Assembly (NCBI GenBank): GCA_963662545.2
Contig: CAXXLL010000002.1
Span: forward strand, 2,144,001 to 2,208,000
DNA length: 64,000 bases
Reading direction: 5' to 3'
Source: Gammaproteobacteria bacterium
GTDB lineage: Bacteria; Pseudomonadota; Gammaproteobacteria; Ga0077536
A model generated the notes under the pieces. The model was not told the DNA's origin, did not search any database, and was given only the letters and a program-made list of their open reading frames with translations. Of the stretch, positions 1-10,666 are shown piece after piece (positions within the stretch are counted from its first letter, which is position 1; every line of letters begins with the position of its first letter). The position numbers and the translations under genes were made by a program.

Positions 1-2
1 TG

Positions 3-173
3 TTCGTCGAAAAACTTATGGAAGGCGAACAGGCGCTGCAGGGGTATTCTTCTCGCGGGGCGGTCAATGCTTTCAGCCGCGTCGTTGACGATCACCAGAT
101 TACCGTGGTCGGCGAAGTTCCCCTGCCTACGGTCCGACAGATTGCGGCGTCGGTCGCTAAAGTCGACAATTGA
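3..173 (+). CDS. rseB: MucB/RseB sigma-E regulator, C-terminal part (partial at window edge)
   Basis: Manual translation of frame 3 gives ...AVNAFSRVVDDHQITVVGEVPLPTVRQIAASV..*, a typical RseB/MucB C-terminus; lies directly upstream of degP/mucD. Confidence 0.8.
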   Translation, partial: FVEKLMEGEQALQGYSSRGAVNAFSRVVDDHQITVVGEVPLPTVRQIAASVAKVDN

Positions 174-180
174 CGGAGAT

Positions 181-1641
181 ATGATGAAACATTGTAAAGA
201 TCTCGCGATTCTATTGGTGTTGGTCATCTGGGGTGCGACGGCGGGCGCGATTACCAATGGCGGGCAACTGCCCGATTTCACCGATCTCGCGAGGCAAAAC
301 AGCCCCGCCGTGGTCAATATAAGCACCACGATCAACGTGCCCAAGCTCGGCGCCCGCGGGGATCGCCTGCCGCCCGGTCTGGCCCCGCACATTCCCGACG
401 AAGGCCCGCTGTCAGATTTCTTCAACCGCTTCTTCGGCGATGAAGGTCCCGGTCGTGGCCCCAGCCGCCGCGATCCGCGCTCGTCGCTGGGGTCCGGTTT
501 CATCATCTCCAAGGACGGCTATATCATCACCAACTACCACGTTGTACGCGAAGCGGACGAGGTCATCGTGCGTATGTCCGATCGCAGCGAGCACGCGGCG
601 CGCATTATCGGCTCCGATCCACGCAGCGATATCGCAGTATTGAAGATAGACGCGGAGAATGAATTACCGAGCGTAACACTCAGCAACTCCGACGACCTCA
701 AGGTCGGTGAATGGGTGTTGGCGATAGGATCACCGTTCGGATTCGATTATTCGGTCACCGCGGGCATCGTCAGCGCCAAGGGACGCAGTCTCCCGAACGA
801 GAATTACGTGCCGTTCATCCAAACGGACGTTGCGATAAATCCGGGCAATTCGGGCGGTCCGCTGTTCAATCTCGATGGCGAAGTCGTCGGCGTCAATTCA
901 CAGATCTACAGTAGAACCGGTGGGTTCATGGGCGTGTCGTTCGCTATTCCGATCCACGTCGTTCTCAATGTCTATGAGCAAATTCGGGAGAAGGGCAGCG
1001 TCACTCGCGGATGGCTCGGCGTTTTGATCCAGGACGTCACACAGGAACTGGCGGAATCCTTCGGCATGGAGAAGCCCCAGGGCGCCCTGGTGTCGAAGGT
1101 CCTAGAGGACAGCCCGGCGCAGAAAGCAGGCCTCGAGACCGGCGATGTGATCGTCAGCTTCAACAAACACCAGATCGAGCGCTCGTCGGATCTGCCCCCT
1201 ATGGTCGGTACGATCAACGTCGGGGACAAAATTCCGCTCGGCGTCATACGCAGCGGCAAAAAGCGCCAACTGACCGTGGAAATCGGAGCGCTGCCCGAAG
1301 ACGATCCGGTGATCGCGCAGGGTGGTCCGTCGCGCCGGGAATCGAAGGTCGATGAGAAGCTCAAGATTAGCGTGTCCGATTTGACCAAAAGCCAGCGCGA
1401 GCAATATCAGGTCGATGAAGGCGGCGTGCTGGTCGACGATATCGACAAAGGTCCGGCTTACGAAGCGGGCTTGCGCGTCGGCGACGTCATTCTTCAGATC
1501 AATAACGAGAAAGTCACAGGACAGAAGAATTTCGGGGAACTTGCCGAAGCGCTCGGCGCGGGTAAAACGGTCCCGATGCTGATTCAGCGTCAGGGCGGTC
1601 CTTTGTTTCTGGCAATGAAGGTTCCTGCCAAGGATGGATGA
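181..1641 (+). CDS. DegP/MucD (Do-family) periplasmic serine protease with two PDZ domains
   Basis: Signal peptide, SLGSGFII, TNYHV and INPGNSGGPL motifs, two PDZ repeats; start taken at ATG 181 after GGAG. Confidence 0.95.
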   Translation: MMKHCKDLAILLVLVIWGATAGAITNGGQLPDFTDLARQNSPAVVNISTTINVPKLGARGDRLPPGLAPHIPDEGPLSDFFNRFFGDEGPGRGPSRRDPRSSLGSGFIISKDGYIITNYHVVREADEVIVRMSDRSEHAARIIGSDPRSDIAVLKIDAENELPSVTLSNSDDLKVGEWVLAIGSPFGFDYSVTAGIVSAKGRSLPNENYVPFIQTDVAINPGNSGGPLFNLDGEVVGVNSQIYSRTGGFMGVSFAIPIHVVLNVYEQIREKGSVTRGWLGVLIQDVTQELAESFGMEKPQGALVSKVLEDSPAQKAGLETGDVIVSFNKHQIERSSDLPPMVGTINVGDKIPLGVIRSGKKRQLTVEIGALPEDDPVIAQGGPSRRESKVDEKLKISVSDLTKSQREQYQVDEGGVLVDDIDKGPAYEAGLRVGDVILQINNEKVTGQKNFGELAEALGAGKTVPMLIQRQGGPLFLAMKVPAKDG

Positions 1642-1909
1642 CGACGCTTCCGCACCGACCCACAATGCGATAGTGTTCACGCTTCTGACCCGGCGCGAAT
1701 GTCCGCTGTGTGACGAATTTCGCGCAGAACTCGAACGCTGGGACGATGGGCGCAACTGCTATGTCTTGAACGTCGTCGATATCGACACCGATCCCGATCT
1801 CAGGGCGCGCTTTGGTCTGCGCGTACCCGTCTTGTTGCATGGTGAAGCCGAGCTTTGCGCGGGCCGATTCAACCCCGTACCGCTGAGCGCCTTGTTACCC
1901 ACGAAGTGA
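1634..1909 (+). CDS. Glutaredoxin-like protein (DUF836 type)
   Basis: CPLC motif and VDIDTDPDLRARFGLRVPVL; usual position between degP and lepA. Confidence 0.85.
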   Translation: MDDDASAPTHNAIVFTLLTRRECPLCDEFRAELERWDDGRNCYVLNVVDIDTDPDLRARFGLRVPVLLHGEAELCAGRFNPVPLSALLPTK

Positions 1910-1920
1910 CAACACACTAG

Positions 1921-2193
1921 CAGCCTGTCGGACTTAGGGAATCGTAGCGAGGCGGTTGGGAGAGCGGTCTGAGAGGTGTCATGGTTTGAGGCGAATAGTG
2001 GGGCTATTTAACGAAAAATTCGTCAGGAACGAATTTTCGCGTAGCCCCGTAGGGGTGAAGCGCAGGGACGCGCTGAACAAAACCATGGCGCCTCTCAGAC
2101 CGCTATCCCAACGCCGCACGACTGCATGGATGCAGGAGGTAGAGCAATGCAGGAGCAATTGCCGAGTAGATTTTTCCTAAGTCCGACAGGCTG
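1921..2193. mobile_element. MITE family B (non-autonomous, 273 bp)
   Basis: Perfect terminal inverted repeats CAGCCTGTCGGACTTAGG / CCTAAGTCCGACAGGCTG flanked by CTAG on both sides; inner inverted repeat 1956-1987 / 2080-2111. Confidence 0.85.
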
Positions 2194-2272
2194 CTAGGCC
2201 TTAGTAGGCTAGAATCTCGCTTTTTACGCGCCCCCCCCCCCCCCCGCGGCGCCCGTCCTGAAATTCACTCTT

Positions 2273-4084
2273 ATGCAGCAGCTGCCGGCCGAAAATATAC
2301 GAAACTTTTCGATCATTGCGCATATCGATCATGGAAAGTCGACTTTAGCCGATCGATTCATCCAGATCTGCGGCGGGCTAGCCGATCGAGAAATGGAAGC
2401 GCAGGTGCTCGATTCGATGGACATCGAGCGTGAACGCGGAATTACCATCAAAGCGCAAAGTGTTTCGCTCGAGTATGTGTCCGATAGCGGGGAGGCCTAC
2501 TTACTGAATTTTATCGACACCCCGGGGCACGTCGATTTCAGTTACGAAGTCTCTCGTTCGCTGGCTGCCTGTGAGGGGGCCTTATTGGTGATCGACGCGG
2601 CCCAGGGCGTGGAGGCGCAGTCGGTCGCGAATTGCAATACCGCGGTCGACCACGGCCTCGAAGTAATACCGGTATTGAACAAGATCGATCTGCCCGCCGC
2701 GGAGCCGGATCGCGTGATCGGGGAAATCGAGGACATCATCGGAATCGACGCTCACGACGCAATTCGCGTGAGCGCCAAGACCGGTGCAGGCGTTCGACAA
2801 CTCCTGGAGCAACTCATAATGCGTGTTCCTCCGCCAACCGGTTCTCGCGATGCGCCGCTCAAGGCCTTGATCATCGATTCGTGGTTCGACAATTACCTGG
2901 GCGTTGTTTCGCTGGTGCGGATTATCGACGGCGAAATCCGTACCCGTAATCGGATTCGGATGATGTCAACGGGCCGCGACTGGGGCGTTGACGAAATTGG
3001 AATCTTCACACCCAAGCGGGTCAAAAAAAGCTTGATACGAAGCGGTGAGGTCTGTTATCTCGTGGCTGGCATCAAGGACATCGACGGTGCACCAGTCGGT
3101 GATACGATAACCGATGCCGCAATGCCCGCACTCAAGCCGCTGCCGGGATTCAAACAGTCCAAGCCAAATGTCTTCGCCGGTCTTTACCCGGTTGACTCCG
3201 GCGACTACGGAGCTTTTCGTGAGGCCCTCGCCAAGCTACGTCTGAACGACGCCGCCCTACATTACGAGCCGGAAACCAGTGAAGCACTCGGCTTCGGGTT
3301 TCGCTGCGGCTTTCTCGGCATGCTGCATATGGAAATCATTCAGGAACGCATTGAACGGGAATACGGCCTGAATCTTATTACCACAGCGCCGAGCGTGGTC
3401 TATGAAGTCGTCCTGAACGATGGGGAGATTCTGCATATCGATAATCCCGCCCGTCTCCCGGAGCCGTCCCTGATCAAAGTGATCAGAGAACCTGTGCTGC
3501 AGATCGATATCCTCGTTCCGCAACAACATCTCGGAAACGTCATCAATCTCTGCGTCGACAAGCGGGGGGCGCAAACCCGGCTCGATTTTCTCGGCGGCCA
3601 GGTCGCCGTGAGCTACCATCTACCGATGGCCGAGATGGTCACGGATTTATTCGACCGTTTAAAATCCGTAACGCGTGGCTACGCGTCAATGGACTACAAT
3701 TTCGCACATTATCAGGACGCGGACATGATCAAGGTCGACCTGATGATAAATGGCGAAAAGGTGGACGCACTTTCGAGCATCATTCACCGCGAGCAGGCGC
3801 AGCGACGCGGCCGCGAACTGGCCCGAACGATGAAAGAATTAATTCCTCGCCAGATGTTCGATATCGCGATTCAGGCCTCCCAAGGCTCGAAGATCATCGC
3901 GCGCGAGACGGTCAAGGCTTTGCGCAAGAACGTGACAGCGAAATGTTACGGTGGGGATGTGACACGCAAGCGTAAACTGCTAGAAAAGCAGAAGGCGGGC
4001 AAAAAACGCATGAAACAATTCGGATCCGTCGAAATTCCACAGGAAGCGTTCATGGCCGTCCTCAAGCTTGGTAAGACACCGTGA
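2273..4084 (+). CDS. lepA: Elongation factor 4 (LepA)
   Basis: [20 protein letters not shown] and [25 protein letters not shown]. Confidence 0.98.
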   Translation: MQQLPAENIRNFSIIAHIDHGKSTLADRFIQICGGLADREMEAQVLDSMDIERERGITIKAQSVSLEYVSDSGEAYLLNFIDTPGHVDFSYEVSRSLAACEGALLVIDAAQGVEAQSVANCNTAVDHGLEVIPVLNKIDLPAAEPDRVIGEIEDIIGIDAHDAIRVSAKTGAGVRQLLEQLIMRVPPPTGSRDAPLKALIIDSWFDNYLGVVSLVRIIDGEIRTRNRIRMMSTGRDWGVDEIGIFTPKRVKKSLIRSGEVCYLVAGIKDIDGAPVGDTITDAAMPALKPLPGFKQSKPNVFAGLYPVDSGDYGAFREALAKLRLNDAALHYEPETSEALGFGFRCGFLGMLHMEIIQERIEREYGLNLITTAPSVVYEVVLNDGEILHIDNPARLPEPSLIKVIREPVLQIDILVPQQHLGNVINLCVDKRGAQTRLDFLGGQVAVSYHLPMAEMVTDLFDRLKSVTRGYASMDYNFAHYQDADMIKVDLMINGEKVDALSSIIHREQAQRRGRELARTMKELIPRQMFDIAIQASQGSKIIARETVKALRKNVTAKCYGGDVTRKRKLLEKQKAGKKRMKQFGSVEIPQEAFMAVLKLGKTP

Positions 4085-4890
4085 TTTGGGACTTCGCTGC
4101 CGTGTTGAGCCTGCTGGTTCTGATCAGTGGGTTGATTTGGGTGATAGACACCCTGTTCTTCGCGCGGCGCCGCCGCGGACGCAGGGGCGAACTGCCCGAA
4201 AATCCGACTGAAGAACAATTGGCAGAGCACTACCGCCTGCCAGTGGTCGTCGACTATGCGCGGTCCTTTTTCCCGATATTTCTGATCGTGTTGCTACTGC
4301 GTTCATTCCTGGTCGAACCGTTTCGGATCCCGTCTGGCTCAATGGTTCCAACCCTGCTCGTCGGAGACTTTATCCTGGTCAATAAGTTTGTCTACGGGAT
4401 CCGTATACCGGTCCTCAATGTCAAGCTCATCGAGATGAATACGCCCCAACGCGGCGACGTGGTGGTATTCCGCTTTCCTCTGGATCCCTCGACTCCATTC
4501 ATTAAACGGGTCGTCGGTCTTCCAGGTGACAAGGTCCGTTATCACGAAAAGGCCTTGTTTATCAATGGAAAGGAGATCCCTCATATTCCAGAAGGTACTT
4601 ACGTTGGTGTACGATCGGCGGTGAAACACACCGGATCACGGCTATTCAGGGAAGCGCTCGGAGATACCAAACACCAGATCATCGAGCGGCCCCGCGCGCA
4701 CTCGATGAACGGAGAGTATAAGGTGCCACCCGGGCACTACTTCGTTCTAGGCGATAATAGGGACAATAGCCGCGACTCACGGTTCTGGGGCTACGTCCCT
4801 GACGAAAACCTGGTTGGACGCGCCTTTTACATTTGGATGAATTGGGATAAGGGTCCGATTCTGAAACGCATCGGCACCATTATCCGGTGA
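4081..4890 (+). CDS. lepB: Signal peptidase I
   Basis: [38 protein letters not shown]. Confidence 0.97.
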   Translation: MIWDFAAVLSLLVLISGLIWVIDTLFFARRRRGRRGELPENPTEEQLAEHYRLPVVVDYARSFFPIFLIVLLLRSFLVEPFRIPSGSMVPTLLVGDFILVNKFVYGIRIPVLNVKLIEMNTPQRGDVVVFRFPLDPSTPFIKRVVGLPGDKVRYHEKALFINGKEIPHIPEGTYVGVRSAVKHTGSRLFREALGDTKHQIIERPRAHSMNGEYKVPPGHYFVLGDNRDNSRDSRFWGYVPDENLVGRAFYIWMNWDKGPILKRIGTIIR

Positions 4891-4908
4891 CAGAGGAAGG
4901 GGAAAGCG

Positions 4909-5310
4909 ATGAACCTGAAGAGCAATCAGCAAGGAATCAGCCTGAGCGGATTAATCATGGCGTGCGTAGTGCTTGGCATAGGCGCCCTCCTATTCATGAA
5001 ATTGTTTCCCATCTATAACGAAAAGATGAAGGTCGACCAAGCCATGGACAGGCTGGCGAACAATCCGGACGGTGCAAGAATGACCAAGCGCGCGATGGTC
5101 AAGGCGATCATGAGACAGTTTGACGTCAATGACGTCGAGAGCTTTGACACACCGACGCTGAAAAAGAGACTGCAAGTAGGCAGGAAAAAAGGTTCGAAAG
5201 GCAAGTTTATTACGCTTGCCTATGAAATTCGCGGTCCGCTATTTTCCAATCTCGATATCGTGATGAATTACAACAAGGTCATCGAATTCGGGCCCGTGAA
5301 AACGGATTAG
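4909..5310 (+). CDS. DUF4845-family protein
   Basis: Pilin-like N-terminus QQGISLSGLI plus a TM helix; conserved position between lepB and rnc. Confidence 0.8.
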   Translation: MNLKSNQQGISLSGLIMACVVLGIGALLFMKLFPIYNEKMKVDQAMDRLANNPDGARMTKRAMVKAIMRQFDVNDVESFDTPTLKKRLQVGRKKGSKGKFITLAYEIRGPLFSNLDIVMNYNKVIEFGPVKTD

Positions 5311-5472
5311 GGAGCCTCTGAATAAGTCATGGTGCGTCTGAATTGTTCATGAAATTGTGCAGATCAAGGCACGAATTGCAGGCAATAGCGGGGACTATTG
5401 GCAAAGTTCGTAACACAGAGCTGCGCGATTTCATGGGCAAGGCAGATGTGCCATGACTTATTCAGAGGTTCC
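5311..5472 (+). mobile_element. MITE family A copy 1 (162 bp, IS5-like ends)
   Basis: TIR GGAGCCTCTGAATAAGTCATGG / CCATGACTTATTCAGAGGTTCC, flanks TTAG/TTAA; near-identical copies elsewhere in the window. Confidence 0.9.
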
Positions 5473-5488
5473 TTAACGTCGAAGATTC

Positions 5489-6142
5489 TTGCAGATCCCT
5501 TTGGATTACGAATTCAACGACGACAGTTTACGCGTCAGGGCACTGACCCACCGTAGCGCCGGATCGGATAACAACGAACGGCTCGAATTTCTCGGTGACG
5601 CGTTGCTTGGCCTGATTACTGCTCAATATTTGTTCGAACATTTTCCCGCGGCTGACGAAGGCGAACTCACGAGAACACGCGCGTCTCTCGTCAACCGCGA
5701 TACGCTTGCGGAGATCGCGCGCACGCTCGACTTAGGTAACCTCTTGGTACTCGGTGAAGGCGAACAGAAAAGTGGTGGCTGGCGCCGCGATTCGATATTG
5801 GCGAACTCGCTCGAAGCATTGCTCGGAGCAATTTATCTCGACGGTGGAATGGACGTGTGTCGACAGGCAGTGGAAACCTGGTTTGCCGACAAACTCGCGG
5901 ACGTCGATCCCAAGAGCGCGGCCAAAGACGCCAAGACCGCATTGCAGGAACTGCTGCAAAGCCGGCGCCTCGAACTTCCGCGTTACGAGACAACAGATAT
6001 TTTCGGCCCTTCTCACGATCAAACATTCACGGTCGCCTGCCACACCGACGCGTTGCCCGAACCCGTCGTCGCCATCGGAAGAAGCCGCAGAAAGGCTGAA
6101 CAGGCAGCCGCGTGCGCGACGCTGCGCAAACTCGATCACTGA
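5489..6142 (+). CDS. rnc: Ribonuclease III
   Basis: ALTHRS and NNERLEFLGDALL motifs; dsRBD starting DAKTALQELLQ; TTG start uncertain. Confidence 0.96.
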   Translation: MQIPLDYEFNDDSLRVRALTHRSAGSDNNERLEFLGDALLGLITAQYLFEHFPAADEGELTRTRASLVNRDTLAEIARTLDLGNLLVLGEGEQKSGGWRRDSILANSLEALLGAIYLDGGMDVCRQAVETWFADKLADVDPKSAAKDAKTALQELLQSRRLELPRYETTDIFGPSHDQTFTVACHTDALPEPVVAIGRSRRKAEQAAACATLRKLDH

Positions 6143-6169
6143 GATAGGTTCTCGTGGTGGAGCACTAGC

Positions 6170-7057
6170 ATGGCTCAGCGTTGCGGATTCGTTGCGATCG
6201 TCGGCCGACCCAACGTCGGGAAATCAACCCTGCTGAATCGCATTCTCGGCCAGAAGATCAGCATTACCTCGCGCAAACCGCAAACTACCCGTTATCAGAT
6301 ACTCGGCATTGACACCGTCGATGAAACCCAGCTCATATTCGTCGACACACCGGGTTGGCAGCGGCAACCCAGGTTCGAGATCAACCGTCTGATGAACCGC
6401 CAGGTCCGCCAGGCACTGTTCAACGTGGACTGTACCGTTCAGGTCATCGACGCACGCGGATGGCACGCCGACGACGATTTGGTTTACGCCATGCTGAAGC
6501 AAGCCCAAGTGCCGGCGCTGCTCGCCATGAATAAGCATGATCTGGTTACATCGAAATCGGACCTCTTGCCCCAGATAGCGGCTTTGTCGAACAGCAAGGC
6601 GTTCGGAGCGTTTGTCCCGGTGTGCGCCAAGAATGGGAAAGGTCTGGAGGACCTGCGCCGCACCATCGTGGAAATTACGCCGATTCGCGAACATATCTTT
6701 CCCGCCGGCCAGCTTACCGACCGCTCCGAACGGTTCATGGCAGGTGAAATTGTCCGCGAAAAAAGCATGCGCTACCTTGGTGACGAATTACCCTACCGCA
6801 CAACGGTCATCATCGATGAATTTCGCGAGGCCGATGAGATCACGCACATATACGCGACCGTGTGGGTTGATCGGGACAGCCAGAAATCCATCGTCATAGG
6901 AAAAAACGGCGCATTGTTGAAGCGTATTTCGACCGATGCGCGGCACGATCTAGAGCGACTGCTGGGAAAAAAGGTCTACCTCAAAATTTGGGTAAAAACC
7001 AAGCGCGGCTGGATCGACAATCCGGAAGCGCTGCAATTGATCGGTTTGACGGATTGA
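6170..7057 (+). CDS. era: GTPase Era
   Basis: GFVAIVGRPNVGKSTL, SITSRKPQTTR, C-terminal KH domain. Confidence 0.97.
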   Translation: MAQRCGFVAIVGRPNVGKSTLLNRILGQKISITSRKPQTTRYQILGIDTVDETQLIFVDTPGWQRQPRFEINRLMNRQVRQALFNVDCTVQVIDARGWHADDDLVYAMLKQAQVPALLAMNKHDLVTSKSDLLPQIAALSNSKAFGAFVPVCAKNGKGLEDLRRTIVEITPIREHIFPAGQLTDRSERFMAGEIVREKSMRYLGDELPYRTTVIIDEFREADEITHIYATVWVDRDSQKSIVIGKNGALLKRISTDARHDLERLLGKKVYLKIWVKTKRGWIDNPEALQLIGLTD

Positions 7058-7129
7058 CGCCACGAGAACAGCGGGCAATCCACTTATTTCCTGCCCCCTA
7101 ATTTCGGATTTATGAGATAGTTTCCAATC

Positions 7130-7831
7130 TTGGACATCGCTTATGTATTACACCGGCGTCGGTATCGCGAATCGAGCCTGATCGTCGAATTGCTCACCTT
7201 CGAACGTGGTCGCGTCAGTGCCGTTGCGCGCGGCGCCTTGCGCAAGAAGTCCCGCCTCGGCGCAAGCTTGCAGCCACTGGTCCCCGTCAGGGTCGCATTC
7301 AGTGGACGCTCGGAATTGCTGACGCTCAAAACGGCAGAGGCGGGTGCCGCAGCTCCGTTGCTGGATGGCCCGAGTTCATATTCGCTGTTCTACATCAACG
7401 AATTAATCCTGCGCTTGACCGCGCCGCACGACACCAACGTGGCGTTATTCGAAGTCTATCGATCGGCCGCGGAGAGCCTGGCCAGGAGCGATGCGCTGGA
7501 ACCGCTGCTGCGGCGTTTCGAGAAGCGACTGCTCGATGCGGTCGGTCTCGGTCTCACGTTGGAAACAGAGGCCGATTCGGAAACGCCCGTCGAGAAGGAC
7601 CTCGAATACCGATACGTGCCGGAGCAGGGGCCGATGCGCACCACCGGCGAGCGCACCGCGCCGCGCGTTCACGGTGCAACGCTGCGGGCCCTGGCACAGG
7701 ACGTCGAGCTCTCTGGCCGCGGTCTTCGTGAAGCGAAACAACTGATGAGGTACGTGCTCAATCATCATCTAGAAGGCCGGGAGCTGTCGTCGAGAAAACT
7801 TTTCGAAGCGCACGCGAGCGGAAACTCGTAG
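7130..7831 (+). CDS. recO: DNA repair protein RecO
   Basis: [20 protein letters not shown] and LRRFEKRLL; follows era. Confidence 0.95.
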   Translation: MDIAYVLHRRRYRESSLIVELLTFERGRVSAVARGALRKKSRLGASLQPLVPVRVAFSGRSELLTLKTAEAGAAAPLLDGPSSYSLFYINELILRLTAPHDTNVALFEVYRSAAESLARSDALEPLLRRFEKRLLDAVGLGLTLETEADSETPVEKDLEYRYVPEQGPMRTTGERTAPRVHGATLRALAQDVELSGRGLREAKQLMRYVLNHHLEGRELSSRKLFEAHASGNS

Positions 7832-7887
7832 AATTCACCGTTTTTGCAGATCCGGCCAGCGCGCGAAGCGGTCGCCGAACTCGAGCC

Positions 7888-8625
7888 ATGGCACACGACA
7901 ACATCAGACTCGGCGTCAACATCGACCACGCCGCAACCATCAGGCAGGCCAGGGGCACGGCCTACCCGGACATTCTCGAGGCAGCCCGTGAAGCGGAGGC
8001 CGGGGGTGCTGACGGCATTACCATTCATCTGCGCGAAGACCGGCGGCATATTCAGGATGCGGACGTTCGCATGCTCAAGCCGGCGCTCTCCACGCGCATG
8101 AACCTGGAATTGGCGGCGACGGCTGAAATGGTCGATATTGCCTGCGAGTTCGCACCGGAGGCCTGCTGCATCGTCCCGGAAAAGCGCAATGAACTCACGA
8201 CAGAAGGAGGGCTGGATGCCACCGCGAACTACGATCGGCTGGCACCCGTGTGCGAAAAGCTCACGGACGCCGGCATCGAGGTGTCGCTTTTCATCGACCC
8301 CGAGTCGGCTCAGATCGAAAGCGCAATGCGTCTCAAGGTGCCGGTTATCGAAATACACACCGGGCGTTATGCCGAGGCTTCGACAAACGACGCCAGGAGA
8401 CGGGAATTGGACATCATCATCGAAGCGGTCGCGCAGGCGCGCACGGGTGGTTTGCGCGTAAACGCCGGGCACGGACTACATTACGAGAACGTCGGGGCAA
8501 TCGCCGCGATTGGCGAACTAAATGAGCTCAACATCGGACATTCCATCGTCTCTCGGGCCTTGTTCATCGGGCTGCGCCAGGCGGTGGCGGAGATGAAGCA
8601 GCTCATGCGGCAAGCGCGTTCATGA
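7888..8625 (+). CDS. pdxJ: Pyridoxine 5'-phosphate synthase
   Basis: [33 protein letters not shown]. Confidence 0.98.
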   Translation: MAHDNIRLGVNIDHAATIRQARGTAYPDILEAAREAEAGGADGITIHLREDRRHIQDADVRMLKPALSTRMNLELAATAEMVDIACEFAPEACCIVPEKRNELTTEGGLDATANYDRLAPVCEKLTDAGIEVSLFIDPESAQIESAMRLKVPVIEIHTGRYAEASTNDARRRELDIIIEAVAQARTGGLRVNAGHGLHYENVGAIAAIGELNELNIGHSIVSRALFIGLRQAVAEMKQLMRQARS

Positions 8626-9002
8626 TCTTCGGGATCGGCATCGACATGGCCGATATCCAGCGATTTATCTCGGCCTACACCCGCTTCGGCGATCGATTTC
8701 CGGATCGGATCCTGAGCACCGCAGAAATGCTCGAATTCCCGCACGCACGCAATCCCGGGCGTTACCTCGCAATGCGGTTTGCAGCGAAAGAAGCCACGTC
8801 CAAAGCGCTGGGAACAGGATTCAAACAGGGGGTGGCGCCGCGGCAAATCAGCGTCGTACACGCGCCCAGTGGGAAACCGAGTCTCGAAGTTACCGGACAC
8901 ACGGCGGTGCTTTTCGCTGACCACGGCATTTGCTCGAGCCATCTGAGCCTGTCCGACGAAGGTGGGTTCGCCGTCGCCTTCGTCGTATTGGAGAAGCGGT
9001 GA
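8622..9002 (+). CDS. acpS: Holo-ACP synthase
   Basis: [29 protein letters not shown]. Confidence 0.97.
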   Translation: MIFGIGIDMADIQRFISAYTRFGDRFPDRILSTAEMLEFPHARNPGRYLAMRFAAKEATSKALGTGFKQGVAPRQISVVHAPSGKPSLEVTGHTAVLFADHGICSSHLSLSDEGGFAVAFVVLEKR

Positions 9003-10588
9003 TGCTCGAAGAGCACCAAGAAATACATCGGCGCCGGACATTCGCCATCATTTCCCATCCGGATGCCGGCAAAACGACCGTGACGGAAAAGCTTCTGTTT
9101 TTGAGCGGCGCCATCAACGTCGCCGGAACAATCAAGGCACGCAAGAGTTCGAAGCACGCGACCTCAGACTGGATGGAGATCGAAAAGCAGCGAGGCATTT
9201 CGGTGACATCCTCGGTCATGCAATTCGACTACCACGATTGCGTCGTAAATCTCCTCGATACACCGGGTCACGATGATTTTTCCGAAGACACTTACCGCAC
9301 TCTGACCGCGGTGGATTCGGCCTTGATGGTGATTGATGGGGCGCGAGGCGTGGAAGAGCGCACGATAAAGTTGCTCGAAGTCTGCCGTTCTCGCAATACA
9401 CCCATAATTACTTTCATCAACAAGCTTGACCGGCACACCCGCGATCCGCTCGATCTGATCGACGAAATCGAAAACGTATTAAACATCCAATGCGCGCCGC
9501 TAACCTGGCCGCTTGGTTCGGGGCAACACTTCGAAGGAATTTATGACTTTCGAACGGAAAAGATAACGCCCTATTCGCGCAGTGGAGACGAAGTGGACCC
9601 TGATGCTACGGAACACATTCATATCGACGACGAAACAGTACCCGCCCGTTTCGGCACGGCGTACGACACGCTGATGGGGGAAATAGAACTCATTAAGGGC
9701 GCCGGCACGAGATTCGAGCAGGCTGATTACCTAAGCGGCAAATCAACCCCCGTCCTCTTCGGATCCGCGCTTCGTAATTTCGGCGTTCGCACACTTCTCG
9801 ATACATTTACCGAGATCGCGCCGCTGCCGTTGCCGCGCGCCACCAACGCCGCCGAGGTTCTGCCCACCGACGAGCAATTTTCGGGATTCGTCTTCAAGAT
9901 CCAGGCGAACATGGATCCGAAGCACCATGACCGTATTGCATTCCTGCGGGTGTGTTCCGGTAAGTACGAAGAAGGGAAACGGCTTTATAACGTACGACTC
10001 CAGCGGCACGTACAGATAGCCAACGCGATTCGATTCATGGCACAGGGACGCGCCATAACAGACAGCGCCTGGGCGGGCGACATCATCGGCTTTCACAACC
10101 ATGGCACGATTCAGATTGGAGATACATTTACTGAAGGGGACAATTTTTCCTTCACTGGGATTCCGAGTTTCGCACCCGAATTGTTCCGGCGGGTGCGTAC
10201 CGCTGATCCGCTCAAGAGTAAGGCCTTGATCAAAGGCCTCACGCAACTATGCGAAGAGGGCGCAGCGCAGGTGTTCAATTATGTGGCGCGTAACGACATC
10301 GTGCTCGGCGCGGTCGGCGTATTGCAATTTGACGTCGTCTCGTGGCGGTTAAAGCACGAATACGGTGTCGAATGCATTTTCGAGCCGGTACAAATTCAAA
10401 CGGCGCGGTGGTTTTCGTCCGACCAGGGTGCAGAGATCGAGAAATTCAAGGCGCACGCGCAACAGAACATCGCGCGTGACGGCGCCGGCCAGATGGCCTA
10501 CCTGGCGCCGAGCCTGATCAACCTCCAGCTGACCGAAGAACGTTGGTCTGCCATCGAATTTCGCGCCACTCGCGAAATGATCGGCTGA
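9002..10588 (+). CDS. prfC: Peptide chain release factor 3
   Basis: [17 protein letters not shown] and [21 protein letters not shown]; ATG overlaps the acpS TGA. Confidence 0.97.
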   Translation: MLEEHQEIHRRRTFAIISHPDAGKTTVTEKLLFLSGAINVAGTIKARKSSKHATSDWMEIEKQRGISVTSSVMQFDYHDCVVNLLDTPGHDDFSEDTYRTLTAVDSALMVIDGARGVEERTIKLLEVCRSRNTPIITFINKLDRHTRDPLDLIDEIENVLNIQCAPLTWPLGSGQHFEGIYDFRTEKITPYSRSGDEVDPDATEHIHIDDETVPARFGTAYDTLMGEIELIKGAGTRFEQADYLSGKSTPVLFGSALRNFGVRTLLDTFTEIAPLPLPRATNAAEVLPTDEQFSGFVFKIQANMDPKHHDRIAFLRVCSGKYEEGKRLYNVRLQRHVQIANAIRFMAQGRAITDSAWAGDIIGFHNHGTIQIGDTFTEGDNFSFTGIPSFAPELFRRVRTADPLKSKALIKGLTQLCEEGAAQVFNYVARNDIVLGAVGVLQFDVVSWRLKHEYGVECIFEPVQIQTARWFSSDQGAEIEKFKAHAQQNIARDGAGQMAYLAPSLINLQLTEERWSAIEFRATREMIG

Positions 10589-10608
10589 GTTTCAGAGCTC
10601 CAACTACC

Positions 10609-10642
10609 TAGAACCCATCGCAAAATTTTGAGATGGGTTCTA
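10609..10642. repeat. Near-perfect palindrome (collapsed IS-like ends), probable terminator between convergent prfC and rne
   Basis: TAGAACCCATCGCAAAA / TTTTGAGATGGGTTCTA. Confidence 0.6.
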
Positions 10643-10666
10643 ATATTGTTGAAACACGAGGCCCGG

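Noticed and set aside
1956-2180. Short ORFs inside MITEs (also 24127-24378, 37759-38214, and the N-terminal extensions of tatD and the first yeeE gene)
   Set aside because: They run through palindromic repeat DNA and show no protein motifs.
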